NCBI GenBank assembly: GCA_963722385.1
Contig: CAVRKK010000002.1
Location: forward strand, 320,001-384,000
Reading direction: 5' to 3'
DNA: 64,000 bases
DNA from: an uncultured bacterium
GTDB taxonomy: Bacteria; Babelota; Babeliae; Babelales; Babelaceae
The translations under genes and the position numbers were made by a program. How positions within the stretch are numbered: the first letter of the stretch is position 1; every line of letters starts with the position of its first letter. Shown here in pieces: positions 20,401-28,881 of the stretch. The notes under the pieces are model-generated. The model ran no database searches, was not told the DNA's origin, and saw nothing but the letters and a program-made list of their open reading frames with translations.

Positions 20401-22756
20401 TGACACCCTTGCAAGCACAACGATGATGGGTATTGAGGCTTTGCGCTTGTTTAATCAGTACAAGCAGAAAGAAGGAAGCACCGGCAAGTTCTTGGCCGTG
20501 CGGTTGGGTATTGCCGATGCACAAGGCTCCTTCGCGCCTGATTTATATTTCAATATTGCACATGATACCATACGCCGCGAGCAAACCATTACGGTGCCGA
20601 GCCATATTTCTGGTCAAGAAGTCCATATCGAGAGTGGCGATGATGTTCAGCTTGACGGAACAACCCTGGAGGCCGAGAAAGCGACCATTAAGGGACAGAA
20701 CTTCCAAGCAACTGCAGCACAACATACGGTCACCGTTAATCAACAATCACAAAGTGTTGGTGTAACGCTTAGTGGTACCGTTGACGCATCAAAGCAGACA
20801 AGCACTTCATATACGGTGACGCATGATAATGCGCAGATAAACGCCGATACCATTGTCATTGATGTCAAGAATGCAGAGCTCAAAGGAGCCCGGGTACAGG
20901 GCATCTCTACAACCATTAATGTTGAGCATAACCTGATGGTGGAATCAGTTGAAGATACGCACGATAGCTTTTCGAGTTCTGCTAGTGCTTATGTGGGATC
21001 AGCGGCTGGAGGCGCTCATTATGCTCAAAAAGAGACCAATGAACATAAAATTAGCCAAGCTTCAGGTATTGAGGGTACCGAGCATCTTGAGGTGCGCGTC
21101 GGCGATACGCTCGATCTCACGGGTGCTTATATAAGCAGTGAATCAACGAATGCCACCATCAAAGCTCGCCACCTTGTTTCTGAAGATATTCATGAAGGCA
21201 AAGAAACGCGCGGCTTTAGTATTGGCGGCAGCTTTATACCTAACGGTGATGACCTTGGTATCTATGGTATGGTTGATGGGCGCTATGTTTCGAAGTCGAA
21301 AGACGGTATTACACGGGCAACCATTTCTGAAAATATTGATCTTGATATTTTGGGTGCCGCGATTGCCGAGTTAAATCGCAATATGCGCATGTTGCAAGAG
21401 ACCTATGTTGAAGATGAAACCGTTCTACGCTTGGTGATACCAATCATTAATCCGTCAAAATTTGCCCAGAAGATGCAGCGTATTAAAGAGTTATTTGCTG
21501 AAGGCGGTGATAACCGCGATGCCATCAATCAAACAATGAAAGAGGCTGCAGAGGAACAACGAGAAGAGATTAAGCAGCAAGCGCAGGTTGCTGAGGAGAA
21601 GCTTCTTAATGAGTACCTTAAGCAGAAAAAGAAGCAAGAACAGCCGCTTACACCTTACGAAGCAGAGCTTGCCGAAAACATGGCATCAGGGCAGCCTGCA
21701 GAAAAAACTGAAGAACTTAAGGATGTGCTCAGGGAAAATTTTGATCAAAAATATCCTGGTACTCAGGGATATGCTGCACAACACGAAGACGAGGACTTCG
21801 AAGAGATTAATCTTGATGATCAAGCAGATGAACATACTTGGGAGCGGCCCTTTGAATCAGCCACATCAGAAGAAACAGCAGATTTCGTAGAACTAAACGA
21901 CTTGTATGACATCTATGAGTTCAACACGCAAGACGGCGATACCAGCGAAACGATCATAACAACAGATGTTACTCAAGCTGATTCACCAATCATGGTTAAT
22001 GATCAGCAATCGGCAGACGACTTAGATGCTTCTGAACAAATTTACCAAGAGCTCGAAGATATTTTTCAAGCGGAAGCGAACCAAGAAATGCTTTATGATG
22101 AATCAGCTTCATTCGTTCGGCCTTTCGTATCGACTGTGCTCGACTTCGTACCGATTGTAGGCAATGTTAAGTCTGCTGCTGAGCTTGGTCTGGGTCGGGA
22201 TTATATAAGCGGACAAGACATTGGATACGGCGAACGCGCCTTGCGCACTGCTGCTGTTATATTCCCCTATGTAAAACACTTAAAATTTGTTAGAACAATA
22301 CTGTGGCCCGTCAAATTTTTAGCAAACAAGACCGGCAGGAAACTAAAAAGTCTGAAGGATAAGGCTTCTGCTATCCTAAAGCCATTGGCAATAAATGCCG
22401 CTCGCCCGGGCTTTATTGAGCTCGGTGGAGAAGCTGGCGATATCGCAACAAAAGAAGCAGCTGAAAAAATTGCTACTGCATTTAAGGGAGCAATATTAGA
22501 AGAGGCGTGGAGCGAAAAGGGATGGAGAATCTATATCCCAAATGGTAGAAGAAGGCTTGTTGTTAGAATTATGGAAGCCGGCTCTGGCGAGCGAAAAAAA
22601 CCCTATTTTAGAATCAGTCTAGATGGCAAAGGAGCTTTAACTTCAGCTGGAAAACTTAGCACAGAGCATGTAGTAACCCACATCGATTTGACAAGTGCTT
22701 ATCTTAGCCAAATTAAAGAAATGATTTCACAATACAATATAAAGTATCAAAAATGA
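17429..22756 (+). CDS. Haemagglutinin-repeat polymorphic toxin 1 (PT-TG-like pre-toxin motif, C-terminal putative RNase tip)
   Basis: Signal peptide; DGVDCLVPVLHV followed by FHA-like beta-helical repeats; acidic linker; LDFVPIVGNVKSAAELGLGRDYISG; tip VRIM..GSG.R..PYFRIS...THIDL; overlapping small downstream gene. Confidence 0.85.
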   Translation: MFIKAFIQRALVFIFSLLAIISCRANTEPREGYHVIITRDEPASRHVTKPRGQASPEAATHCKIIKNGEQIAQTDVVHAVRDTFKPSELAQPFWLIDARNLQIRVQEGDNCFHLSVDAKGNIAIHKLEMADSFSLEVFGSGSITSQTPISLKKDLAISMPRGVFWSGAKAHWHVGGQADLSFEEGTVAIGGRFESTGDLRIKANSYKQFYGTAQRTEGNRYHAINDNGYPWTCVEYDMVSPKRSLVRSQGNISLTANHAGIYGGILHAKENIIADIDQKFELLTQCNDHKRCEIYEEDTGWIFKNMVPRAVVDYFESCDDVAILQAGKDLKLTLQGQPVKIHDIKHYPAFEATGQIVIGQEARVSSSNKQGVMYNHKPDVDDLRSYGPISLSFAQYINPATTIPCNDPRFIFTHPSQKESIEAWEPGNELAFFSGTSLSKPPMLLSFSSQVEILSRLLFELGLPALGGEGDFVTQLKELQRAGYLVALINGMGIGKMKKREPLPRGQSKPRKSLKESQETKVELSEEEKQELVALVKRYSHKINASPSYLKSKMARIQEGQDSAVLTQELIHELPFSFIYYQVQKFDGVDCLVPVLHVSAADRDANKRMGSILAHDVTIDKMHRVVNKGMIRAINRVKIQADTIINKANKVKKYSVHTLLDGGDIIGFDIELEVPQDAVGKAGIKNIGGSIVGKQKVSFYAKQGDITNTVLLGSRTVRWDPGFFGRLFGHRDSSEVVDFYPGNITSEGNIELISEAGTLLNEGSKIFGAQDVNLKAYADVVFKTLTDKHTSYSGASLQGFSVKQVVQEAMTMERSEVAAGQNLTIESTNGSIRSYGASFIAIRDALFKAKKSNDLAVVTKTLKGEQKQLGLNLFWLYATSKKHLKDHIVKTEINVGGKVTFESGEDNVLEAVVVYAGQSIHLIAKRNNIIKGAKERSSSMTDSWSFGVTFFGSDALGLLADEEYRRALWALNDEDPLIASIHRLASSASTADTLASTTMMGIEALRLFNQYKQKEGSTGKFLAVRLGIADAQGSFAPDLYFNIAHDTIRREQTITVPSHISGQEVHIESGDDVQLDGTTLEAEKATIKGQNFQATAAQHTVTVNQQSQSVGVTLSGTVDASKQTSTSYTVTHDNAQINADTIVIDVKNAELKGARVQGISTTINVEHNLMVESVEDTHDSFSSSASAYVGSAAGGAHYAQKETNEHKISQASGIEGTEHLEVRVGDTLDLTGAYISSESTNATIKARHLVSEDIHEGKETRGFSIGGSFIPNGDDLGIYGMVDGRYVSKSKDGITRATISENIDLDILGAAIAELNRNMRMLQETYVEDETVLRLVIPIINPSKFAQKMQRIKELFAEGGDNRDAINQTMKEAAEEQREEIKQQAQVAEEKLLNEYLKQKKKQEQPLTPYEAELAENMASGQPAEKTEELKDVLRENFDQKYPGTQGYAAQHEDEDFEEINLDDQADEHTWERPFESATSEETADFVELNDLYDIYEFNTQDGDTSETIITTDVTQADSPIMVNDQQSADDLDASEQIYQELEDIFQAEANQEMLYDESASFVRPFVSTVLDFVPIVGNVKSAAELGLGRDYISGQDIGYGERALRTAAVIFPYVKHLKFVRTILWPVKFLANKTGRKLKSLKDKASAILKPLAINAARPGFIELGGEAGDIATKEAAEKIATAFKGAILEEAWSEKGWRIYIPNGRRRLVVRIMEAGSGERKKPYFRISLDGKGALTSAGKLSTEHVVTHIDLTSAYLSQIKEMISQYNIKYQK

Positions 22757-23196
22757 ACAATTTAAGCTTAAGAAACGAATTAAACAAGCTCGAGGAAGGC
22801 AGAATTTTAAATCTTGCATTTGACATTCTCTATCACAGCATAAATCTTAAAGTAAAGGTATATCAATTAGAGGAAAAGTTCGAAACATTCAACGTAATTT
22901 TTTCTCATGTATCTTCTTTTTATTTTGTAAATGATATAGGAGAAGAAAGATTTAATATGTGGGAACCTGATCCAGACGATACTAAAGAGTTAACTTCAAT
23001 AGGTTACTATAAATCAGGGATTGGTAATATTAAGGTTATTGCTCATAAAGGTATCGAAGGAGAAAATTGGGCAAACTATTGGTACTCATCAGCGAATTTC
23101 GCTCTAGATCTTCTCGTAGGGGTGTTATTTATCGAAGCCAGAAGCATAACCATAAATGATAAGACATATGAAGTCGGTTATCCAACAGGTGAATGA
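22753..23196 (+). CDS. Cognate immunity protein, YxiG-like
   Basis: ATGA overlap with the toxin stop; AT-rich; ELTSIGYY..GIG...YSSANFAL...FIEA..I.IN...EVGYP resembles the Bacillus YxiG family from recall. Confidence 0.75.
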   Translation: MNNLSLRNELNKLEEGRILNLAFDILYHSINLKVKVYQLEEKFETFNVIFSHVSSFYFVNDIGEERFNMWEPDPDDTKELTSIGYYKSGIGNIKVIAHKGIEGENWANYWYSSANFALDLLVGVLFIEARSITINDKTYEVGYPTGE

Positions 23197-23370
23197 TTAT
23201 GTGAATTTTGATTAATATCGCGAAAAGTTTCATCTGGTTAGCATCTGATAAAAAATCTGTTATTATCAGAAATAATATGGATAGATTATTTAAAAAATTG
23301 CCAAATGCTAATAAACATGTTAATTTGATGGATATATTTATCTTTTATTACATAAAGTGAAAGGATTTTT

Positions 23371-24198
23371 ATGGACATGAGAAAAATTCTCGGAATCATA
23401 GGTCTGTCTGTGGTGCTCGCTCTCGGTAGCTGGCAAGCGACCGCGATGGAAGCCCCTGGTCGGGAATCAAGCAGTGATGAGGAAACAAGTGCAAAAGAAT
23501 ACTCTCCCGAGGAAGCGGAACAGGGCAAAAAGCTTATCCAAGCGATCCATTATGAAGATATGGATCTCATTTATGCTTTAATTAACGCGACACCTGGTAT
23601 CATTAACTACCAAGACCCAGAAGGCAACACACCACTCTTAGAAGCAGTAGAAGGTTCTAGCCGTCCAATAATCAAGCTTCTCCTCCAAAAAGGTGCTGAT
23701 CCCTCGATTAAAAACGCTCAAGGCTTTCCACCAGTTTTCATTATTCTTAAGAAGTGGAGTGAACGTGAAGAGCTTTTAAGGTTACTGATTTCTTATAATA
23801 TACAGGCTCGTGATGCACGTGGTCCTAATGGTCAGACAGCATTGCAACATGCTGTTGAACGTGATTTGCCTGAAAAAAGAGTCCTCTTGAGTTTATGGGC
23901 AGATATTGATGCACAGGATGACAGAGGCTAAACAGCTTTGCATTATGCTGTTGATTCAGGCAATAGCATAGCGGTAGATTTTTTGCTTGAGAAAGGGGCA
24001 AATCCTCATATCAAGAGCTTTGATAGCGATGGTAATCGTACAGCTGATATGGTTATTAATCCAAGTACAGCAGGTAAGACAGCGCCTTGTATAACGCGTG
24101 CTATCCAAAGGGCTCAATTAAGCTATGGAAAGGGATGGTTTAGCGGCCTTAGAAGCTTTTTTAACCTGGAATTCACCCAAGTCTTGAGCGAATTGTAA
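23371..24198 (+). pseudogene. Ankyrin family A copy 2 with in-frame stop
   Basis: TAA at 23929-23931 where paralogues have TGG (RGWTALH); the paralogues' stop codon reads GAA here, extending the tail. Confidence 0.88.
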
Positions 24199-24277
24199 AA
24201 TTAACAAAGTATAGAAAAAAGAATAGGCTGTCTCTGATCAAAAAAAGGGGGCAGTTTTCTGGTTTTTTCGTTTTATT

Positions 24278-24837
24278 CAAGAGACCAGAAAACCCCAGGG
24301 TTTTAAACCTGGGGATGAATGGTCTACCGCATAAGGCGCGGAACGAGATGGCATTGCTCGAAGTGGAGCGCCGTCACAAGTTATGGCATACTAAGCGTAT
24401 GTATTGGAAAGGTTCACAAACGACGCATAGGCTTATGTATCACCTGGTATGGATTCCTAAATATAGAAGACGTATATTGCAAGGGAAAATAGCTGAGCGA
24501 ATTGCAGAGCTACTGCATGAATGTGCGGATATAAATCGATGGAAAATAGAAGAGCTGAATATACAAAAAGATCATGTACATGTACTTGTGCAAATGAGGC
24601 CTGAAATAAGCGTAAGCAAAATGGTGCAGCTATTCAAAGGTAGTAGCAGCAGAGTAATTCGAGAAGAATTCCCTGAATTAAAAGAATTTTTGTGGGGTAA
24701 AAGCTTTTGGGCAGATGGATATTTTGCTGAAACATCGGGTCAAGTTAGCGAAGACAAAATCAGAGAATACATTAACAATCAATAGAGCCTCAATCTCGAA
24801 GCAGAAAGCGCCGGCTTTTAAGCCGGCCGTGCTTTAC
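24278..24837 (+). mobile_element. IS200/IS605-family element (tnpA only)
   Basis: Subterminal hairpins CCCCAGG-GTTTTAAA-CCTGGGG (24293-24314) and GCCGGCTTTTAAGCCGGC (24810-24827); flanks rejoin into an immunity-gene-like sequence. Confidence 0.85.
24399..24785 (+). CDS. tnpA: Y1 (HUH) transposase TnpA
   Basis: YHLVWIPKYRR, DHVHVL, FWADGYF, IREYINNQ; start uncertain (ORF track gives 24315). Confidence 0.93.
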   Translation: MYWKGSQTTHRLMYHLVWIPKYRRRILQGKIAERIAELLHECADINRWKIEELNIQKDHVHVLVQMRPEISVSKMVQLFKGSSSRVIREEFPELKEFLWGKSFWADGYFAETSGQVSEDKIREYINNQ

Positions 24838-24972
24838 TATGTAAATCACATTGCAAAAGAAGATTTAATATGTGGAGCGTGAACCAGGCGATACTCAAGA
24901 ATCAACTTCTATAGGTTACTATCAATCAGCGATAGGCAGTATTAAGGTTACTGCCTATAAAGAAATCGAAGA
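24838..24972 (+). pseudogene. Degraded fragment of YxiG-like immunity gene
   Basis: Aligns by eye to 22925-23060 (AGATTTAATATGTGG...ATAGGTTACTAT...ATTAAGGTTA...ATCGAAG) with indels. Confidence 0.75.
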
Positions 24973-24980
24973 CGTCGAAT

Positions 24981-25780
24981 GAGCAAGTTTATCAAGAATT
25001 CGAAGACATTTTTCAAGCGCAGGCGAACGAAGAAATACTCAATGATGAGTCAGGTTCATTCGTTCGGCCTTTTGTCTCGGCCGTACTCGACTTTGTTCCG
25101 ATTGTCGGCAATGTTAAGTCTGCTGCTGAGCTTGGCCTTGGTCGAGATTATATAGGCGGACAGGATATTGGATATGGTGAACGGGCTTTGCACGCAGCTG
25201 CCGTTATATACCCCTATGTAAAATACCTAAAATTCGTTAGAACAATACTGTGGCCCGTCAAATTCTTGGCAAACAAGACCGGCAAGAAACTAAAAAATCT
25301 GAAAGATAAGGCTTCTGCCATCGGTCCCTCATTAGCAAATTATGCTTTGCCAGAACTCCGAGCCTGTACAGCAGCTGGGGAATTAATAAGCAAGGCATCT
25401 ACCACTCGTTTCGTAACGACCCCAGCAAAGCTCATCAAAAATGCAAGAGCAACTGCAGGTGCTGGTAGAGAGATAATCTTAGACAAAGTAAAATCTTTTG
25501 AGCAAGCTAGAAATATTGCGCTTGAAATATTGGGGAATTTGGGGCCTGATTCACTGCCTAAATTTGGGAAGCATGAGCTATTTAAAGGAAAAATTGTGGG
25601 AAGAGAACTCGCAGGTCGCAAAGCTCATTTTAGGCTTGATTGGGATCCTACGAAAGGGCCTCATATCAACGTAGGGGACTTTAGGATTGGCAAAAGAGGA
25701 ATGGCGGTGTAAACATTGCTATTCCATTCGAAGGAGACTTAAACACTGTTCTTAATTTATTAACGCATCTTAATAAATAA
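24981..25780 (+). pseudogene. Orphan toxin tip 1 (PT-TG-like motif plus a different RNase-type tip), frameshift near 25701
   Basis: Start-less frame EQVYQEFEDIFQ...LDFVPIVGNVKSAAE continuous with ORF 25188; tip FEQARN...RLDWDPTKGPHINV; the shifted frame continues GGVNIAIPFEGDLNTVLNLLTHLNK*. Confidence 0.8.
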
Positions 25781-25808
25781 TTAAAAAAATTAGTTATATA
25801 AGGAGCTG

Positions 25809-26582
25809 ATGATGTCCACTTTGTGTGAGGATTATATGAATGAAATTGATCCGAGAAAAAGAACGATACTTTCGCAATCAAGCACAAATGAAATCGATGA
25901 AGTTTTAACCAAAATGTTCCCTTTTGTTTTATGGGGAAGGGTAAATTGGGAAAAAGTGAATGAGAAAACATTGATTGATCTTGAAAAACCCCTTCTAGAA
26001 CCAATATATCAATTTCTAAATCAGCACGGTATCAACATTGCGGAAGCAAACAATTGCGTATATATAATTTGGGATAACGGTTCTTTACCAGCTGTAAAAA
26101 CAGAAACGAAAGATGCTATTATCTTTCTACAAAATACCCTTGATTACCAGGGAGATAATGTTTGGATATTTTCACCTAGCAAAAGATATGTCATAGAGTT
26201 TTTTCATGAAGGAGAAATCGTAGCAGGAATCGCACCAGAATTAATTATTAAACTAGAAGCCGCTTATAAGAATTTTTTACAAATCAAAATCAAAAAAGAA
26301 GAATTTCCTTTGGAATATAGCAATATTATCGCTGACATTATAAGCGTGGGTGAATATATAGCCAAGCTAGCAAGACGTATTCTTGCTCATGAAGAAATAG
26401 AAGATGCTGATAAGCTTGTTCTACAAAAAGAGTACTTGACTAAATCTGCTTGGCGTGTTCCTCTTGCTAACCCTTACCCTCTTGTAAAAATTCCACCTAT
26501 TTTAGACTATGCGCGAAAAACAGAAGAATTGAGGAGCCTTTGTGCTAACGTGCTCCTGCACAGAGAAGTTTTAAAGCTCTAA
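25809..26582 (+). CDS. CdiI-type immunity protein with C-terminal extension
   Basis: FPFVLWGRVNW...VYIIWD..SLP...WIFSP...YVIEFFHEGEI resembles a CDI immunity family from recall; directly follows the orphan tip. Confidence 0.72.
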   Translation: MMSTLCEDYMNEIDPRKRTILSQSSTNEIDEVLTKMFPFVLWGRVNWEKVNEKTLIDLEKPLLEPIYQFLNQHGINIAEANNCVYIIWDNGSLPAVKTETKDAIIFLQNTLDYQGDNVWIFSPSKRYVIEFFHEGEIVAGIAPELIIKLEAAYKNFLQIKIKKEEFPLEYSNIIADIISVGEYIAKLARRILAHEEIEDADKLVLQKEYLTKSAWRVPLANPYPLVKIPPILDYARKTEELRSLCANVLLHREVLKL

Positions 26583-26632
26583 TATCATCCTTCTTTTTTA
26601 GAATTATAAACAGTTGGCTCTTGGCTTAAGTA

Positions 26633-27319
26633 GTGGGTACCGATAACCTGCTAGCAATGTATTTCTCAGATGAATCTTATCGATCTGAATTTTTGCCAAT
26701 ACTTGCGTCAATGGCACTCGATATCGTACCTGTCGTTGGTAACATTAAATCTGCGGCTGAGCTTGACCTTGGACATGATTACATAACCGAACACGACTTG
26801 AGCACGGAGGAACGAGTTTTGCTCGCTGCTTGCTTGCTTTTACCCTTGGTAAAACACCTAAAATCGGTTAAAGTAATCGCAAAGTCGATCTATCAAGCAT
26901 ACTGGTGAGTTTGCTGCCAAGCAAGCACTTAAAACTGCAAAAATCGGGGAGTTGCTGAGAGGGGCCAAACTGGCTTTATCGAGCTTGGTGGAAAAGCTCG
27001 TCATATCGCAACAAAAGAAGCTGCTCAAACGATTGCTGCTGCGTTTAAAGGAGCAACATTAATCGGGGCTAATAACAAGAAGGGATGGAAAGTCTATGTT
27101 TCAAATGGGAAAAAAGAATTTACTGTTAGAATTATGGAAGCCGGCTCTGGTGGGAGAATGGAACCTTATTTTAGGATTGGCATCAGTGGCGAATCAGCTT
27201 TAACTTCAGCCGGACAGCTTATGGCAGATCCTAAATTAACTCACTTCGATTTGACAAGTAATTATCTTATCCAAATTCAAGAAATGATTTCACAATACAA
27301 GATAAGGTATAAAAAATGA
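26633..27319 (+). pseudogene. Orphan toxin tip 2 (divergent PT-TG-like motif, broken linker, same tip family as toxins 1 and 2)
   Basis: LDIVPVVGNIKSAAELDLGHDY (26633-26908), then GFIELGG...KGWKVYVSNGKKEFTVRIMEAGSG in frame with ORF 27134. Confidence 0.82.
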
Positions 27320-27777
27320 ACAATTTAAATCTAACTAATGAACTAAATAAACTTTGGGAAGGCAGAATTCTAAATCTTGAGTTTGATATCCTTCACCATA
27401 AAATTAAGTTCAAAATAAAAGTATATAGACCAGGAACAAGGGATGAACAATTTGATATCTATAACGTTGTTTTTTCTGGGGTTTCATCTTTTTACTTTTT
27501 GCAAAATACAGATGAAGATAGATTTAGGACATATGATCCAGATCCGGGAGATACAACGGAACTGACCACCATAGGTTACTATAAAGATGGTATTGGAAAA
27601 ATTAAAATCGTGACTCGTGAGGGAGATGAAGATGCTGGATGGGCAAGCCAGTGGTACTCATCGGCAAATTTTGCCCTAGAGCTCGATCCATCAGCATTAT
27701 TTATCGAAGCCAGAAGTATAACCATAAATGATAAAACCTATGAGGTAGGCTATCCCCTAGATGAAGGAGGTTTGTAA
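27316..27777 (+). CDS. YxiG-like immunity protein (identical to 45178)
   Basis: ATGA overlap with the tip; homologue of 22753; protein identical to 45178..45639. Confidence 0.8.
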   Translation: MNNLNLTNELNKLWEGRILNLEFDILHHKIKFKIKVYRPGTRDEQFDIYNVVFSGVSSFYFLQNTDEDRFRTYDPDPGDTTELTTIGYYKDGIGKIKIVTREGDEDAGWASQWYSSANFALELDPSALFIEARSITINDKTYEVGYPLDEGGL

Positions 27778-27954
27778 CGTCCAATAAAACGAGCTTCTGA
27801 CTATTACATGCTTCATTTTGTTGGTATCTGACAAAAAATTTGTTATTATCAGAAATAATATCACTAGATTATTTAAAAAATTGTCAAATACTAATAAACA
27901 TGCTAGTTTGATGGATATATTTATCTTTTATTATATAAAACTGAAAGGATTATT

Positions 27955-28758
27955 ATGGACATGAGAAAAAATCTTAGAATCACAGGCCTGTATCTAGTAC
28001 TTACTCTGGGTAGCTGGCAAGCGACTGGGATGGAAGCTCCTGGTCATGAATCAAGCAGCGATGAGGAAACAAGTGCAAAAGAATACTCGCCCGAGGAAGC
28101 AGAACAGGGCAGAAAGCTTATCCAAGCGGTTAAAGATGAAGATATGGATCTCATTTATGCCTTAATTGACGCAACACCAGCTATCATTAACTACCAAGAC
28201 CCAGAAACGGGCAACACACCACTTTTAGAAGCAGTGGAAGACTCTAACCGTCCAATAATCAAGCTTCTCCTTCAAAAAGGTGCTGACCCTTTGATTAAAA
28301 ACGCTCAAGGATTTCCGCCAATTTTCATCATTCTTCAGAAGTGGAGTGAACGTGAAGAGCTTTTAAGACTGCTGATTTCTTACAATATACAAGCTCGTGA
28401 CGCTCCTGGTCCTAATGGGCAAACAGCATTGCAATATGCTGTTGAACATGATTTACCTGAAAAAAGAGTTCTTTTGAATTTATGGGCTGATATTAATGCA
28501 CAAGATGACAGAGGCTGGACAGCACTGCATTATGCTGTAGCGCAATGCGATAGCATAACGGTAGATTTTTTGCTTGAAAAAGGGGCAAATCCTAATATTA
28601 AAAGCTTCGATAGCGACGGCAACCGTACAGCTGATATGGTTATTAATTGTGCTAGAGCTGGGAGAAGGGCGCCTGATATAGTTGGTGCTGTCCAAAGAGC
28701 TCAATTAAGCTATGGAAAAGGATGGTTTAGCAGCCTTAAAAGTTTTATCGGCCTGTAA
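27955..28758 (+). CDS. Signal-peptide ankyrin-repeat protein (family A, copy 3)
   Basis: Paralogue of 57..860. Confidence 0.92.
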   Translation: MDMRKNLRITGLYLVLTLGSWQATGMEAPGHESSSDEETSAKEYSPEEAEQGRKLIQAVKDEDMDLIYALIDATPAIINYQDPETGNTPLLEAVEDSNRPIIKLLLQKGADPLIKNAQGFPPIFIILQKWSEREELLRLLISYNIQARDAPGPNGQTALQYAVEHDLPEKRVLLNLWADINAQDDRGWTALHYAVAQCDSITVDFLLEKGANPNIKSFDSDGNRTADMVINCARAGRRAPDIVGAVQRAQLSYGKGWFSSLKSFIGL

Positions 28759-28782
28759 TTTACTCTAGGTATTAACGTCTTT

Positions 28783-28809
28783 AAGCCAGCATCTTGTGCT
28801 GGCTTTTTT
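28783..28809 (+). terminator. Intrinsic terminator
   Basis: AAGCCAGCA / TGCTGGCTT stem followed by a T run. Confidence 0.75.
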
Positions 28810-28881
28810 ATTTATGTTGCAATTCATGATACATATTAATTATAATTATTTTTAAATAGCAAATTAAGGCAGGAGTAAGTA

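Noticed and set aside
23929..23931. TAA replacing Trp as stop-codon recoding
   Set aside because: TAA ends many genes in this window and the same copy shows other decay, so it is a nonsense mutation
24278..24837. TnpB/omegaRNA system
   Set aside because: The right-end hairpin follows tnpA directly, leaving no room for tnpB
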